Virus record (IMG/VR): IMGVR_UViG_3300027756_001334
Span: 1 to 38,885 of that record
DNA from: a virus
Taxonomy: Duplodnaviria > Caudoviricetes
Length of the DNA stretch: 38,885 nt
Reading direction: 5' to 3' (one strand)
The position numbers and the translations under genes were made by a program. The notes beneath the pieces are model-generated. The model made no database searches. It was given only the letters and a program-made list of their open reading frames with translations, and had not been told where the DNA came from. Shown here piece by piece: positions 1 to 7,895 of the stretch (positions are counted from its first letter, which is position 1; every line of letters starts with the position of its first letter).

Positions 1-2
1 TA

Positions 3-158
3 GTACATGGTAGTGAACCCAATGGTGATACAACAAGAATGAGAAGAAATTTCTTATGTGGTTATTTAAAGCAAGGGGCATATTTTAAACCAGGAAACCA
101 AATGAAAAGAGAACCAATTGATATGTACGAATTAAGAAAGAAGCATTGGGGAGAATAA
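3..158 (+). CDS. C-terminal fragment of a PhyH-like 2OG-Fe(II) dioxygenase (5'-truncated by window)
   Basis: Manual frame-3 translation VHGSEPNGDTTRMRRNFLCGY...KHWGE*. HGSxxN...R is the distal His/Arg motif of phytanoyl-CoA dioxygenase-family enzymes. Confidence 0.6.
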   Translation, partial: VHGSEPNGDTTRMRRNFLCGYLKQGAYFKPGNQMKREPIDMYELRKKHWGE

Positions 159-160
159 AT

Positions 161-190
161 TTTGTAAATCAAAATATTTTTAGTATATTA
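161..190 (+). promoter_or_regulatory. Class A bipartite promoter (degenerate)
   Basis: TTTG...TTAGTATATTAG upstream of ATG 198; variant of the window-wide motif. Confidence 0.45.
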
Positions 191-197
191 GTAGGGT

Positions 198-464
198 ATG
201 AATCTAATTGAAGATAAACATACCCTACTTTTGTTTTTAGGGGGTAATGTAAATATTGACCTTATAGTTCCTGTGTGGAGTTCTCATAGAGCACACCCAT
301 TGGGAAATCGTTTATCGTTTATTTATTATAGACAAAGTGACGGAAGTGATGGAATAATTAATTTGAATCACATAGATGCAAAGAAAATAGATATGTTCGA
401 CATAACTAAAATAGTTCATGTCAATACATTAGTTTTAGACAATAGTGTCGTAGCACCACTTTAA
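198..464 (+). CDS. Hypothetical protein, possibly a 3'-truncated gene
   Basis: 88-aa ORF with its own promoter; its last 7 codons are formed by the 27-nt riboswitch-like element. Confidence 0.5.
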   Translation: MNLIEDKHTLLLFLGGNVNIDLIVPVWSSHRAHPLGNRLSFIYYRQSDGSDGIINLNHIDAKKIDMFDITKIVHVNTLVLDNSVVAPL

Positions 465-472
465 AAACACAC
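443..472 (+). promoter_or_regulatory. preQ1-I-like riboswitch aptamer, copy 1
   Basis: TAGTGTCGTAGCACCACTTTAAAAACA(CAC): P1 AGUG/CACU, loop UCGUAGCAC, tail UUAAAAAC. Identical over 27 nt to 4591-4617 and ends just before ATG 475 of the unit containing queD-queE. Confidence 0.75.
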
Positions 473-474
473 CC

Positions 475-735
475 ATGACAAACCCGCATGATGTAGTAAA
501 CGCATCTCGAAACCCGAAAGGCAAAGGTAAAAAAGTAAAGCCTGAGGTAACTTTTTATGACAGTTTAGTAATAAAAGGTCAAAAACTACCCGATCCAAAA
601 AAACACCAACTAGTAAGCTTCCTTAAATCCGGAATTAGGATTGCAGGATATGTAGCTCTATTTTTTTCAATAGAGATAGCAGCCGTATTGTTAATAGTTT
701 CCGAATTAGTTGGAATTTACGAAGAATTAGTATAA
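475..735 (+). CDS. Small membrane protein (basic N-terminus, hydrophobic C-terminal helices)
   Basis: HQLVSFLKSGIRIAGYVALFFSIEIAAVLLIVSELVGIYEELV; first gene downstream of the riboswitch-like element. Confidence 0.7.
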   Translation: MTNPHDVVNASRNPKGKGKKVKPEVTFYDSLVIKGQKLPDPKKHQLVSFLKSGIRIAGYVALFFSIEIAAVLLIVSELVGIYEELV

Positions 736-752
736 ATTATAAAAAAAGAGTT

Positions 753-1214
753 ATGAAATTTCAATCAACAAAATTATTTGACGGCTACTCTACCTGTTTT
801 CGTCAATGGAAAGCAGAAGGAACTCATTGTAAGTTCTTACACGGATATGCTATATCATTCAAGGTATGGTTTGAAGGAGAGTTAGACGAAAGAAACTGGG
901 TATGGGACTTTGGTGGGATGAAAAGAGCTAAGAGCGGTATACAGGGTATGTCACCTAAAGCTTACTTTGATTACCTACTCGATCATACTACTATTATATC
1001 TAAAGATGATCCGTACTTAAACAACTTTCAAAAGATGCATTCAGACGGAGTAATTCAGTTAAGAATTTTAGAAAGTACAGGATGTGAACGTTTTGCAGAA
1101 TACCTTTACGGTATTATTAATGAATTTTTGCTAGAGGAAACTAAAGGAAGAGTGAAAGCTAGTAAAGTAGAGGTTTTTGAAAACGGTAGAAATTCTGCAT
1201 CTTATCAAGCATAA
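753..1214 (+). CDS. queD: 6-carboxy-5,6,7,8-tetrahydropterin synthase (PTPS/QueD family)
   Basis: CKFLHGY, WVWDFG, LDH, C-terminal VEVFE..NSA motifs; adjacent to queE. Confidence 0.9.
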   Translation: MKFQSTKLFDGYSTCFRQWKAEGTHCKFLHGYAISFKVWFEGELDERNWVWDFGGMKRAKSGIQGMSPKAYFDYLLDHTTIISKDDPYLNNFQKMHSDGVIQLRILESTGCERFAEYLYGIINEFLLEETKGRVKASKVEVFENGRNSASYQA

Positions 1215-1224
1215 AATATAAAAA

Positions 1225-2007
1225 ATGAGTTTAGGAAGAATAACAGATTATAGCAAAAAGCAACCTATCGTAGAACTATATAGCTGTGTACAATCAGAAG
1301 GTTCAAGAGCCGGTTACCCGACTATAGCAATTAGAACTACAGGCTGTACTCACCGTTGTTACTTCGGTGAAGGAGGATGGTGTGACTCCTGGTATACTAG
1401 TATACACCCAGAAAAAGGAATTTATAACTTCAACGATATTATTAAAATATACGATGAGAACCCAGAGGTGAAAGAAATGATGTTAACAGGTGGAGCTCCA
1501 AGTATGCACCCGGCTTTAGTAAACGAATTAACACATTTTGCTCATGAAAGAGGTATTATTATTACGATCGAAACCGAAGGAAGTCATTTCCTACCTACTG
1601 ACTACCCTATTAATCTTATTAGCCTTAGTCCTAAGTTTACCAATAGTGTTCCTGTACTGGGCGTACTTACTCCTCAAGGTGCAGTTACGGACCAGAAACT
1701 TATTGATACACACAACAGACACCGACTTAATAAAGAAGCGATTAAACAAACGTTAAGTTACCATAAAGACTACCACGTTAAAATTGTAGCTAATCCAGTA
1801 GAAAGACCTGAAGAGTGGTTGGAGACAAGAGCATGGTTAGATGAGATGGAGATCCCTAAGAATAAGGTTATCATAATGCCTCCAGGGGATAATAGACAAG
1901 AATTAATTAGAGTATACCCGTTAGTAATTGAATGGTGTACTAAAAATGCATACCGCTTTACAGGTCGAGAGCATATTATTGCTTTTGATACCAAAAGGGC
2001 CGTGTAG
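1225..2007 (+). CDS. queE: 7-carboxy-7-deazaguanine synthase, radical SAM
   Basis: E.YSCVQSEG, IRTTGCTHRC...WCDS, LTGG.P, IETEG, SLSPK motifs. Confidence 0.92.
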   Translation: MSLGRITDYSKKQPIVELYSCVQSEGSRAGYPTIAIRTTGCTHRCYFGEGGWCDSWYTSIHPEKGIYNFNDIIKIYDENPEVKEMMLTGGAPSMHPALVNELTHFAHERGIIITIETEGSHFLPTDYPINLISLSPKFTNSVPVLGVLTPQGAVTDQKLIDTHNRHRLNKEAIKQTLSYHKDYHVKIVANPVERPEEWLETRAWLDEMEIPKNKVIIMPPGDNRQELIRVYPLVIEWCTKNAYRFTGREHIIAFDTKRAV

Positions 2008-2011
2008 CTCC

Positions 2012-2019
2012 TATTTATA
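2012..2019 (+). promoter_or_regulatory. Class B motif TATTTATA (putative late promoter)
   Basis: Intergenic CTATTTATAT directly upstream of ATG 2026; recurs before several genes. Confidence 0.5.
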
Positions 2020-2025
2020 TTAGCT

Positions 2026-2316
2026 ATGAATTTAGAAGATATTATTAAGTACGAAGTAGGAATCGAAAATATAGGTGAAGTCGAGATCCTAGTCAATGGT
2101 TTAATTGTTTGGGACTACAAAGTTCAAAACGGTAATCTCCATTTAATAACGGAAGATTACGACATTATTGAGTTTGGTCCTATTACGTTTCTGGAGTTAA
2201 TAAACTATCTAGACGAACAGCCTGTAGATTTACACAATCTCACAGTCCTTTCAGAAACTGACTACAAACAATTAAATCAACATAAATGGGAAGAAAATCG
2301 AATCTGCTTTTATTAA
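2026..2316 (+). CDS. Hypothetical acidic protein
   Basis: 96-aa ORF filling the gap after queE, preceded by TATTTATA. Confidence 0.7.
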   Translation: MNLEDIIKYEVGIENIGEVEILVNGLIVWDYKVQNGNLHLITEDYDIIEFGPITFLELINYLDEQPVDLHNLTVLSETDYKQLNQHKWEENRICFY

Positions 2317-2879
2317 TAGCATTAACTGTAGCTTCTGTATGTACTGGGCAGCAATTACAAGCAGTTGATTTAGGTATTTATAGAGTAGTATACTCCGAAA
2401 AATTAGAAAACCCAGTAAAAGTAACCTACGTAGTATTATGCCCTGACGGTACCGCATCAAGAGCTGGTATGGAATTCTATACAGATAAGAAAATACATAC
2501 AGCGGACAATAACGATTACGTTAATAACGAATGGGATAAAGGACATATGGCACCAGCAGCAGATTTCAACTGCAATAAAGAAATGTTATATAAGACCTTT
2601 ACATACTTGAACTCTGCTTTACAACACCAAAGCCTTAATAGAGGTATCTGGAAGCATTTAGAAATGCATGAGAGAGAGTTAGCTAAAAAAGAGAAAGTAG
2701 AGGTTATAATTGATATAGAGTTTGATAAAGAGCCGAAAAAAGTACCTGGAGGCGCTTCAATACCAAAAGGATTCTATAAACATATTCGTTATAAGACTGG
2801 GAAAGTTTGTTACTACTTTCCAAATGAAGCACCTAAGAAATCTACATATAGAGATTATCAAATACAATGCGATAAATAA
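2286..2879 (+). CDS. Secreted DNA/RNA non-specific endonuclease (His-Me finger, NucA/EndoG-like)
   Basis: WDKGHMAPAADF, TFTYLN..Q...LNRGIWK.LE, IPKGFYK; N-terminal hydrophobic signal peptide. Confidence 0.88.
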   Translation: MGRKSNLLLLIALTVASVCTGQQLQAVDLGIYRVVYSEKLENPVKVTYVVLCPDGTASRAGMEFYTDKKIHTADNNDYVNNEWDKGHMAPAADFNCNKEMLYKTFTYLNSALQHQSLNRGIWKHLEMHERELAKKEKVEVIIDIEFDKEPKKVPGGASIPKGFYKHIRYKTGKVCYYFPNEAPKKSTYRDYQIQCDK

Positions 2880-3725
2880 ATGAAAATACTAGTTACAGGA
2901 GGAGCAGGTTTTATCGGTTCAAATTTAATAAAAAGGTTGCTTCAAGAAGGACATACGGTGGCGTCTATAGACAACTACGACAGTGGGTGTAAAGAAAATG
3001 AAATACCGGGATGTACTTATTATGCAGGTGATATAGAATCGGTATTCTTAATGGATAAAGATTTTAAACTAATTTACCATTTGGCAGCATTAAGCCGGAT
3101 ACAACCTTCTTTTGAAAACCCTACAGAAACGTTTAGAGTAAATACAACAGGTACACAAGCTGTTTGTGATTTTGCAAAAGAAATAGGAGCTAAGTTAATT
3201 TACTCAGGATCTTCATCTCGATGGCATAACCCACATAAATCACCTTATGCATGTTATAAGTATATTGGAGAAGAGATTTGTAAAATGTATAAAGAAGTCT
3301 ACAACTCAAATATTGAGATAGTAAGATTTTATAATGTTTACGGACCTGGAGAAATTGTAGAAGGAGACTGGGCAGCAGTAATAGGTAAATGGAGAGGACA
3401 AATTAAAAAGAATCACCCAATTACAATTGTAGGTGATGGAAAGCAGAAAAGAGACTTTACTCACGTAGATGATATAGTAGAAGGTCTTTACAAAATAGGA
3501 TTAACATATCATAAGCAGGATGATGCTTGGGAATTAGGAACAGGTAAAAACTATTCTATAAATGAAGTAGCAGATATGTTTATTAAGAGGTTTAGTTGCG
3601 TAAAAGTTTATATGTCAGACCAAAAAGGAAATTATAGAGAGACATTACGTGAAAATGACGAAGCACTTCAAAAATTAATATGGGTACCAAAAGATAGATT
3701 ACAAGAATATATAAACCAGTTATAA
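2880..3725 (+). CDS. NAD-dependent nucleotide-sugar epimerase/dehydratase (extended SDR)
   Basis: ILVTGGAGFIG, HLAA, YACYK (YxxxK), RFYNVYGP, GDGKQKRDFTHVDD. Confidence 0.92.
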   Translation: MKILVTGGAGFIGSNLIKRLLQEGHTVASIDNYDSGCKENEIPGCTYYAGDIESVFLMDKDFKLIYHLAALSRIQPSFENPTETFRVNTTGTQAVCDFAKEIGAKLIYSGSSSRWHNPHKSPYACYKYIGEEICKMYKEVYNSNIEIVRFYNVYGPGEIVEGDWAAVIGKWRGQIKKNHPITIVGDGKQKRDFTHVDDIVEGLYKIGLTYHKQDDAWELGTGKNYSINEVADMFIKRFSCVKVYMSDQKGNYRETLRENDEALQKLIWVPKDRLQEYINQL

Positions 3726-4132
3726 TGAAACCAAAAGAATATATTATTTGGCTTAAAGGCTTTGTAGAAGCTTGCCATGAATACGCCCCTACTCCGAAAC
3801 AATGGGATGCGTTAAAAGACAAATTAGCAGAGGTAGATGATTCAATACTATTAGGTGGTATAATTTCAGATCATAATACATTAGGAATTCACGAGCCTTT
3901 ACCAAGATGGCAAGAACCTCATAAAGTAAATCCGTTTTTTGTAGGTGACGTACCAAATGGTACCCCAATCCCATTGTCTGGAACAGGCACTACGCAGGGT
4001 ATAGTTACAACAACGCCAGGCGGCGGTTCTATTACATTAGCAACACCGCAGTTTGTAACATCAACCGCTACACACCTCCCAGCAGGTACTACAATTAACT
4101 TTACAGGTGCTAAACCGCATAACGAGGACTAA
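3725..4132 (+). CDS. Hypothetical protein with Thr/Gly/Pro-rich C-terminus
   Basis: 135-aa ORF translationally coupled (TAATG) to both neighbours. Confidence 0.75.
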   Translation: MKPKEYIIWLKGFVEACHEYAPTPKQWDALKDKLAEVDDSILLGGIISDHNTLGIHEPLPRWQEPHKVNPFFVGDVPNGTPIPLSGTGTTQGIVTTTPGGGSITLATPQFVTSTATHLPAGTTINFTGAKPHNED

Positions 4133-4551
4133 TGAAGGAAGTAATCTTAAAAAGAGAACTTACCTGGGAGTGGGTAGAAGCTCAAATAGATATTGCTAGC
4201 GAATGGGTTAAAAAAGTACCAATTAGATACGTAACAGGATTACCACGAGGTGGATTAATTCCAGCAGTAATACTTTCTCATAGAGGGCATCTAAAGTTTA
4301 TAGATATTGAAGCAGCTAAACTTTTACCAACTAGAATGAGAAGACAAGTACTAGTAGTAGATGATATTGTTGATTCAGGAGAGACTCTTTTGGACTTACA
4401 CGATTATGATTTCATAACCTTAACTTTAGCTTATAGGTTTGATAGTAAATACGTTCCGGATAAATACTGCGCCGTTATTGAAGATAAAGCATGGTTAGTG
4501 TTTCCCTGGGAAAGAAAAGATAGTGATCCGGTTCAAGATTACTTGAAATAA
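4132..4551 (+). CDS. Purine phosphoribosyltransferase (xanthine/guanine PRT-like)
   Basis: GLPRGGLIPA, PRPP-binding VLVVDDIVDSGETL, and the WLVFPWE tail typical of Gpt. Confidence 0.88.
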   Translation: MKEVILKRELTWEWVEAQIDIASEWVKKVPIRYVTGLPRGGLIPAVILSHRGHLKFIDIEAAKLLPTRMRRQVLVVDDIVDSGETLLDLHDYDFITLTLAYRFDSKYVPDKYCAVIEDKAWLVFPWERKDSDPVQDYLK

Positions 4552-4584
4552 TTTGGATCTTAAAATAAGTTTTCGTAAATTAAG
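4552..4584 (+). promoter_or_regulatory. Class A promoter of folE
   Basis: TTTG(4552)...TTCGTAAATTAAG(4572); TTG-to-TTCG offset 19 nt. Confidence 0.75.
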
Positions 4585-4590
4585 TTATAG

Positions 4591-4620
4591 TAGTGTCGTA
4601 GCACCACTTTAAAAACATAC
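4591..4620 (+). promoter_or_regulatory. preQ1-I-like riboswitch aptamer, copy 2 (folE 5' UTR)
   Basis: TAGTGTCGTAGCACCACTTTAAAAACA(TAC), lying between the promoter and folE ATG 4628; loop GUAG can pair with tail C(A)UAC. Confidence 0.8.
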
Positions 4621-4627
4621 ATATAAA

Positions 4628-5338
4628 ATGAAGAAAAAGTATTCGTTAGAAGTAACTAAAGCAGGTTACGCAAATGGGTTATCCCTACAGTTAGCTGAGA
4701 AGCAGAAAAAAAGTGGAATGTTAGATATTCATCTAGTTGATTCCGAAAAATACCAAATTATTACAAACGCAGCAGATGCATTCGGTAAGTTTCTAGATGC
4801 ATTAGGATGTGATTGGAGAAACGATCCAAACTCATCAGATACTCCACGCCGTGTAGCAAAAGCGTACGTAAATGACTTATGGGCAGGTCGCTTCAATGCA
4901 CCGCCAGAAATCACAGCATTTCCATCAGACGGTTATGACGGCTTAGTACAAGAGAGTAATATCCCTCTAACTTCGATGTGTTCTCACCACCACCAGACGA
5001 TTCAAGGAAGAGTAAGCGTTGCTTATATTCCTGGTAAAGAGGGTCTAGTAATTGGTTTATCTAAATTAAATAGAATTGTAGAATACTTTGGACGAAGAGG
5101 AGCAATTCAAGAACAATTAACAGTTGCTATACATCAAGCTATTGATAAGATTTGCGAAGGTAATGAAGGAGTAGCTGTAATGATAGATGCAACACATAAC
5201 TGTGTATCTTGTCGAGGAACTAAACATAATGGTGCATCAATGCAAACTGCTAAACTTTCAGGAGCATTCTTGAAAGAAGATTCTTGCAGAGCTGAGTTCT
5301 ATAAGAATATAGAATTAGCTGGAAAATGTCGTAACTAA
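4628..5338 (+). CDS. folE: GTP cyclohydrolase I
   Basis: DTPRRVAK, SMCSHH, GLSKLNRIV, IQEQLT, HNCVSCRG. Confidence 0.96.
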   Translation: MKKKYSLEVTKAGYANGLSLQLAEKQKKSGMLDIHLVDSEKYQIITNAADAFGKFLDALGCDWRNDPNSSDTPRRVAKAYVNDLWAGRFNAPPEITAFPSDGYDGLVQESNIPLTSMCSHHHQTIQGRVSVAYIPGKEGLVIGLSKLNRIVEYFGRRGAIQEQLTVAIHQAIDKICEGNEGVAVMIDATHNCVSCRGTKHNGASMQTAKLSGAFLKEDSCRAEFYKNIELAGKCRN

Positions 5339-5340
5339 TA

Positions 5341-5374
5341 AGTTGCCTCCTATTGATTAATTTCGTAAATTAAG
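5341..5374 (+). promoter_or_regulatory. Class A promoter
   Basis: AGTTGC...TTCGTAAATTAAG, offset 19; very short leader before ATG 5378. Confidence 0.7.
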
Positions 5375-5377
5375 TAT

Positions 5378-5848
5378 ATGAAAAATAATGTACCTTTTGT
5401 GGACGAAGTAGAGCTATTTAATGCTACCTTCGGTAAACCAAATAACTATACCCCGGTTATACCAGAGCGTAAAGAGTGGGAATTTGTATATAACTTTATC
5501 TTAGAAGAATTAGAAGAGTATAAAGAAGCCTGTGAAAAAGGTGATATTGTAGAAGTACTAGATGCTTTATGTGATATTACTTACGTATCATTAGGTAATG
5601 GAGTAATGCTTCATGGACTAAAAGATAAGTTTAATGACGCTTATGCAGAAGTTCAAGCATCTAATATGTCTAAAGCCTGCAAATCAGAAGAAGAAGCTAT
5701 AGAAACAGTTAAAGTACGTTCCGAGCAACAAGAAGAACCTTGTCATTATGAGAAGGTAGGAGACTTCTATATCGTATACCGAACTAGAGATAGAAAGGTA
5801 ATGAAGTCAGTTTATTATTTCAAACCAGATCTTAAAAAGTTTTTCTAA
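5378..5848 (+). CDS. MazG-like all-alpha (d)NTP pyrophosphohydrolase
   Basis: EELEEY...EVLDALCDITYV, EVQASNMSK, KVMK...KPDL. Confidence 0.88.
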   Translation: MKNNVPFVDEVELFNATFGKPNNYTPVIPERKEWEFVYNFILEELEEYKEACEKGDIVEVLDALCDITYVSLGNGVMLHGLKDKFNDAYAEVQASNMSKACKSEEEAIETVKVRSEQQEEPCHYEKVGDFYIVYRTRDRKVMKSVYYFKPDLKKFF

Positions 5849-6042
5849 TGTCCTTAATTGAAGATATAAAAAAGCATGCTGTATACGTACAAGCATACCA
5901 GACCGAAATGGTGCCTTTATCGGCAGTCATTTCTCTGTTAAATAATGTTGACTTAACTAAACAAGCAGACGATCTACTTGATAAATTAGCAGAGCAGCTA
6001 CAAGACGTTCAAAAAACTCTAAACGATATAACAAATGATTAA
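5848..6042 (+). CDS. Hypothetical small helical protein
   Basis: 64-aa ORF coupled to both neighbours. Confidence 0.65.
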   Translation: MSLIEDIKKHAVYVQAYQTEMVPLSAVISLLNNVDLTKQADDLLDKLAEQLQDVQKTLNDITND

Positions 6043-6838
6043 GATTGCTCACGAATCTCCAAAAAGTATTTTTAAGACCGTACAAGATTTTACGGATTAC
6101 GATTATGCCTTAGTGCATTTATTTGAAGAAGATCCTGAGTATTTTAAATTATTTGAAGATGCTATAAAAGACGATAGAGAGGTAATTTTAGATAACTCTA
6201 TCTTTGAACTAGGTAATGCATTTGATCCAGCTGCATTTGCATACTGGATTTTAAAATTAAAACCTACTTGGTATATTGTTCCAGATGTATTAGAGGATAG
6301 TGTAAAAACTATGGCTTCTATGGATATGTGGAATAGTAAATACCCAGGTATTGAGAGTAAAAAGATTGGAGTAGTACAGGGTAAGACTTATAAGCAGATT
6401 GTAGAATGTTATCAGCATATGGATAAAAAAGCTAACGTTGATATGATAGCTATATCCTTTGATTACTCGTACTATACGCAAACGGTTCCTCATCCTAACA
6501 AGTATGTTAGTTGGATGCTAGGACGTGTGAAGTTACTTGGAGATTTACTTAAAGACGGTATTATTAATAAGGATAAACCTCACCATTTACTAGGATGCGG
6601 ACTACCTCAAGAGTTTACTTTTTATAAAAATGCTAAGTATGATTGGATTTACTCACTAGATACTTCTAACCCTGTAGTTCATGGAATTAAGGGTATTGAG
6701 TATAGAGAAGAAGGTTTATGGGATAAAGAATCTCAAAAACTATTTGAAATGATTAACTCAGAGGTAGAAGATATAAGTACAGTTTTATTTAATATTCAAA
6801 GATTCAGACATTTTGCAAACGGAACAACCAAACACTAG
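6035..6838 (+). CDS. dpdA: TGT-fold 7-deazaguanine transglycosylase, DpdA-like (probably DpdA3 type)
   Basis: ILDNSIFE, PDV, GVVQG, HHLLG and SLDTSNP match the order of TGT/DpdA motifs; embedded among que genes. Confidence 0.72.
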   Translation: MIKIAHESPKSIFKTVQDFTDYDYALVHLFEEDPEYFKLFEDAIKDDREVILDNSIFELGNAFDPAAFAYWILKLKPTWYIVPDVLEDSVKTMASMDMWNSKYPGIESKKIGVVQGKTYKQIVECYQHMDKKANVDMIAISFDYSYYTQTVPHPNKYVSWMLGRVKLLGDLLKDGIINKDKPHHLLGCGLPQEFTFYKNAKYDWIYSLDTSNPVVHGIKGIEYREEGLWDKESQKLFEMINSEVEDISTVLFNIQRFRHFANGTTKH

Positions 6839-7379
6839 TAACCAATGGGTAGCTTTCTTCTCACAGACAGGTTCTGAAATAGTAGCCTTATCTGAAAAGT
6901 TAGGAAGATGGCCTAATTTGATTGTAACGAATCAAAGACCAGAGAACTTACGCACAATAGATCCTAGAATGGCTCAGTTACCTTTTTTATTTGTAATGGG
7001 TAATAAACCTACGTTAGAAGAATATGAGTCGCTATTCAGTCATCTAGCTCCTCCTGAAAAGTTAGTAGTAACTTTACATGGATGGTTAAGAGTAATGCCT
7101 CCTAGTATTTGCGATACATACAGAATCTTTAACGGACATCCAGGACTTATTACTAAGTACCCAGAGTTAAAAGGTAAAGACCCTCAAGAAAGATCGTTTA
7201 AGCAGTATGAGACTGCAGGAGCAGTATTACATAAAGTAACTGCTGGAGTAGATGAAGGAGACGTTATAGATTATGAAGAATTTTTACAAGAAGGGTTGGA
7301 TGAACGAGCTTTTTATCTTACATTAAGAGATAAGGCATTGTATATGTGGTATAAATTTCTAAAAGTAGTTTTGTCATGA
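6813..7379 (+). CDS. dpdN: PurN-like formyltransferase (DpdN-like preQ1 formyltransferase)
   Basis: FSQTGSE, LHGWLRVMP, IFNGHPGLI and GAVLHKV..GVDEG align with GAR transformylase motifs; sits between dpdA and queF. Confidence 0.75.
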   Translation: MQTEQPNTSNQWVAFFSQTGSEIVALSEKLGRWPNLIVTNQRPENLRTIDPRMAQLPFLFVMGNKPTLEEYESLFSHLAPPEKLVVTLHGWLRVMPPSICDTYRIFNGHPGLITKYPELKGKDPQERSFKQYETAGAVLHKVTAGVDEGDVIDYEEFLQEGLDERAFYLTLRDKALYMWYKFLKVVLS

Positions 7380-7894
7380 TAAAAAGAATAGCATTAGTAG
7401 GAGCAAGTAGTACAGGGAAGACTACAGTGTATGAACTTCTTAAGAATAAATTACCTAAGTATGAATTTATAAATGAATCAACTAGGACTGTAGCAAGTTA
7501 TGGATTTCCTATAAATGAGAATGGAACAGATGCTACTCAGTTAGCTATTAGTTCTTTTCACTTAGAAGCTTTATTGAAACCGTATAACTTAGTATTAGAT
7601 AGATGTTATATGGATGTAGCAGTCTATACTTGTTTTATGGATGGTATAGACAGAGGTACTTATGACTTTATACAAGATACTTGGAATAGACTAAAAGGAG
7701 AGTATACACATTATGTTTATTTTCCTATTGAGTTTGAATCAGTAGATGACGGAGTAAGAAGTGTTAACGAAGATTGGAGAAGAAAGATAGACGATCTTTT
7801 TAGATCAGAACTTGATTCGATAGGAAAGACTTACTTAACTGTAACTGGTTCACCTATGCAAAGAGTAGATCAAATTTTAAATTTTATAAAATAA
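7376..7894 (+). CDS. P-loop nucleotide kinase (NMP kinase/AAA_28-like)
   Basis: GASSTGKTT Walker A, E..R, LDRCYMD, DDGVR lid motif. Confidence 0.8.
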   Translation: MIKRIALVGASSTGKTTVYELLKNKLPKYEFINESTRTVASYGFPINENGTDATQLAISSFHLEALLKPYNLVLDRCYMDVAVYTCFMDGIDRGTYDFIQDTWNRLKGEYTHYVYFPIEFESVDDGVRSVNEDWRRKIDDLFRSELDSIGKTYLTVTGSPMQRVDQILNFIK

Positions 7895-7895
7895 T

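Noticed and set aside
443-4617. The 27-bp repeat as a CRISPR repeat or att/insertion boundary
   Set aside because: Only two copies 4.1 kb apart with no spacers, integrase or transposase; both sit just before start codons of pathway genes, which favours a regulatory RNA.
6035-7379. Housekeeping tgt and purN
   Set aside because: The TGT-like protein is short and lacks the Zn-binding Cys motif, and no other pur genes are present; context supports DNA modification.
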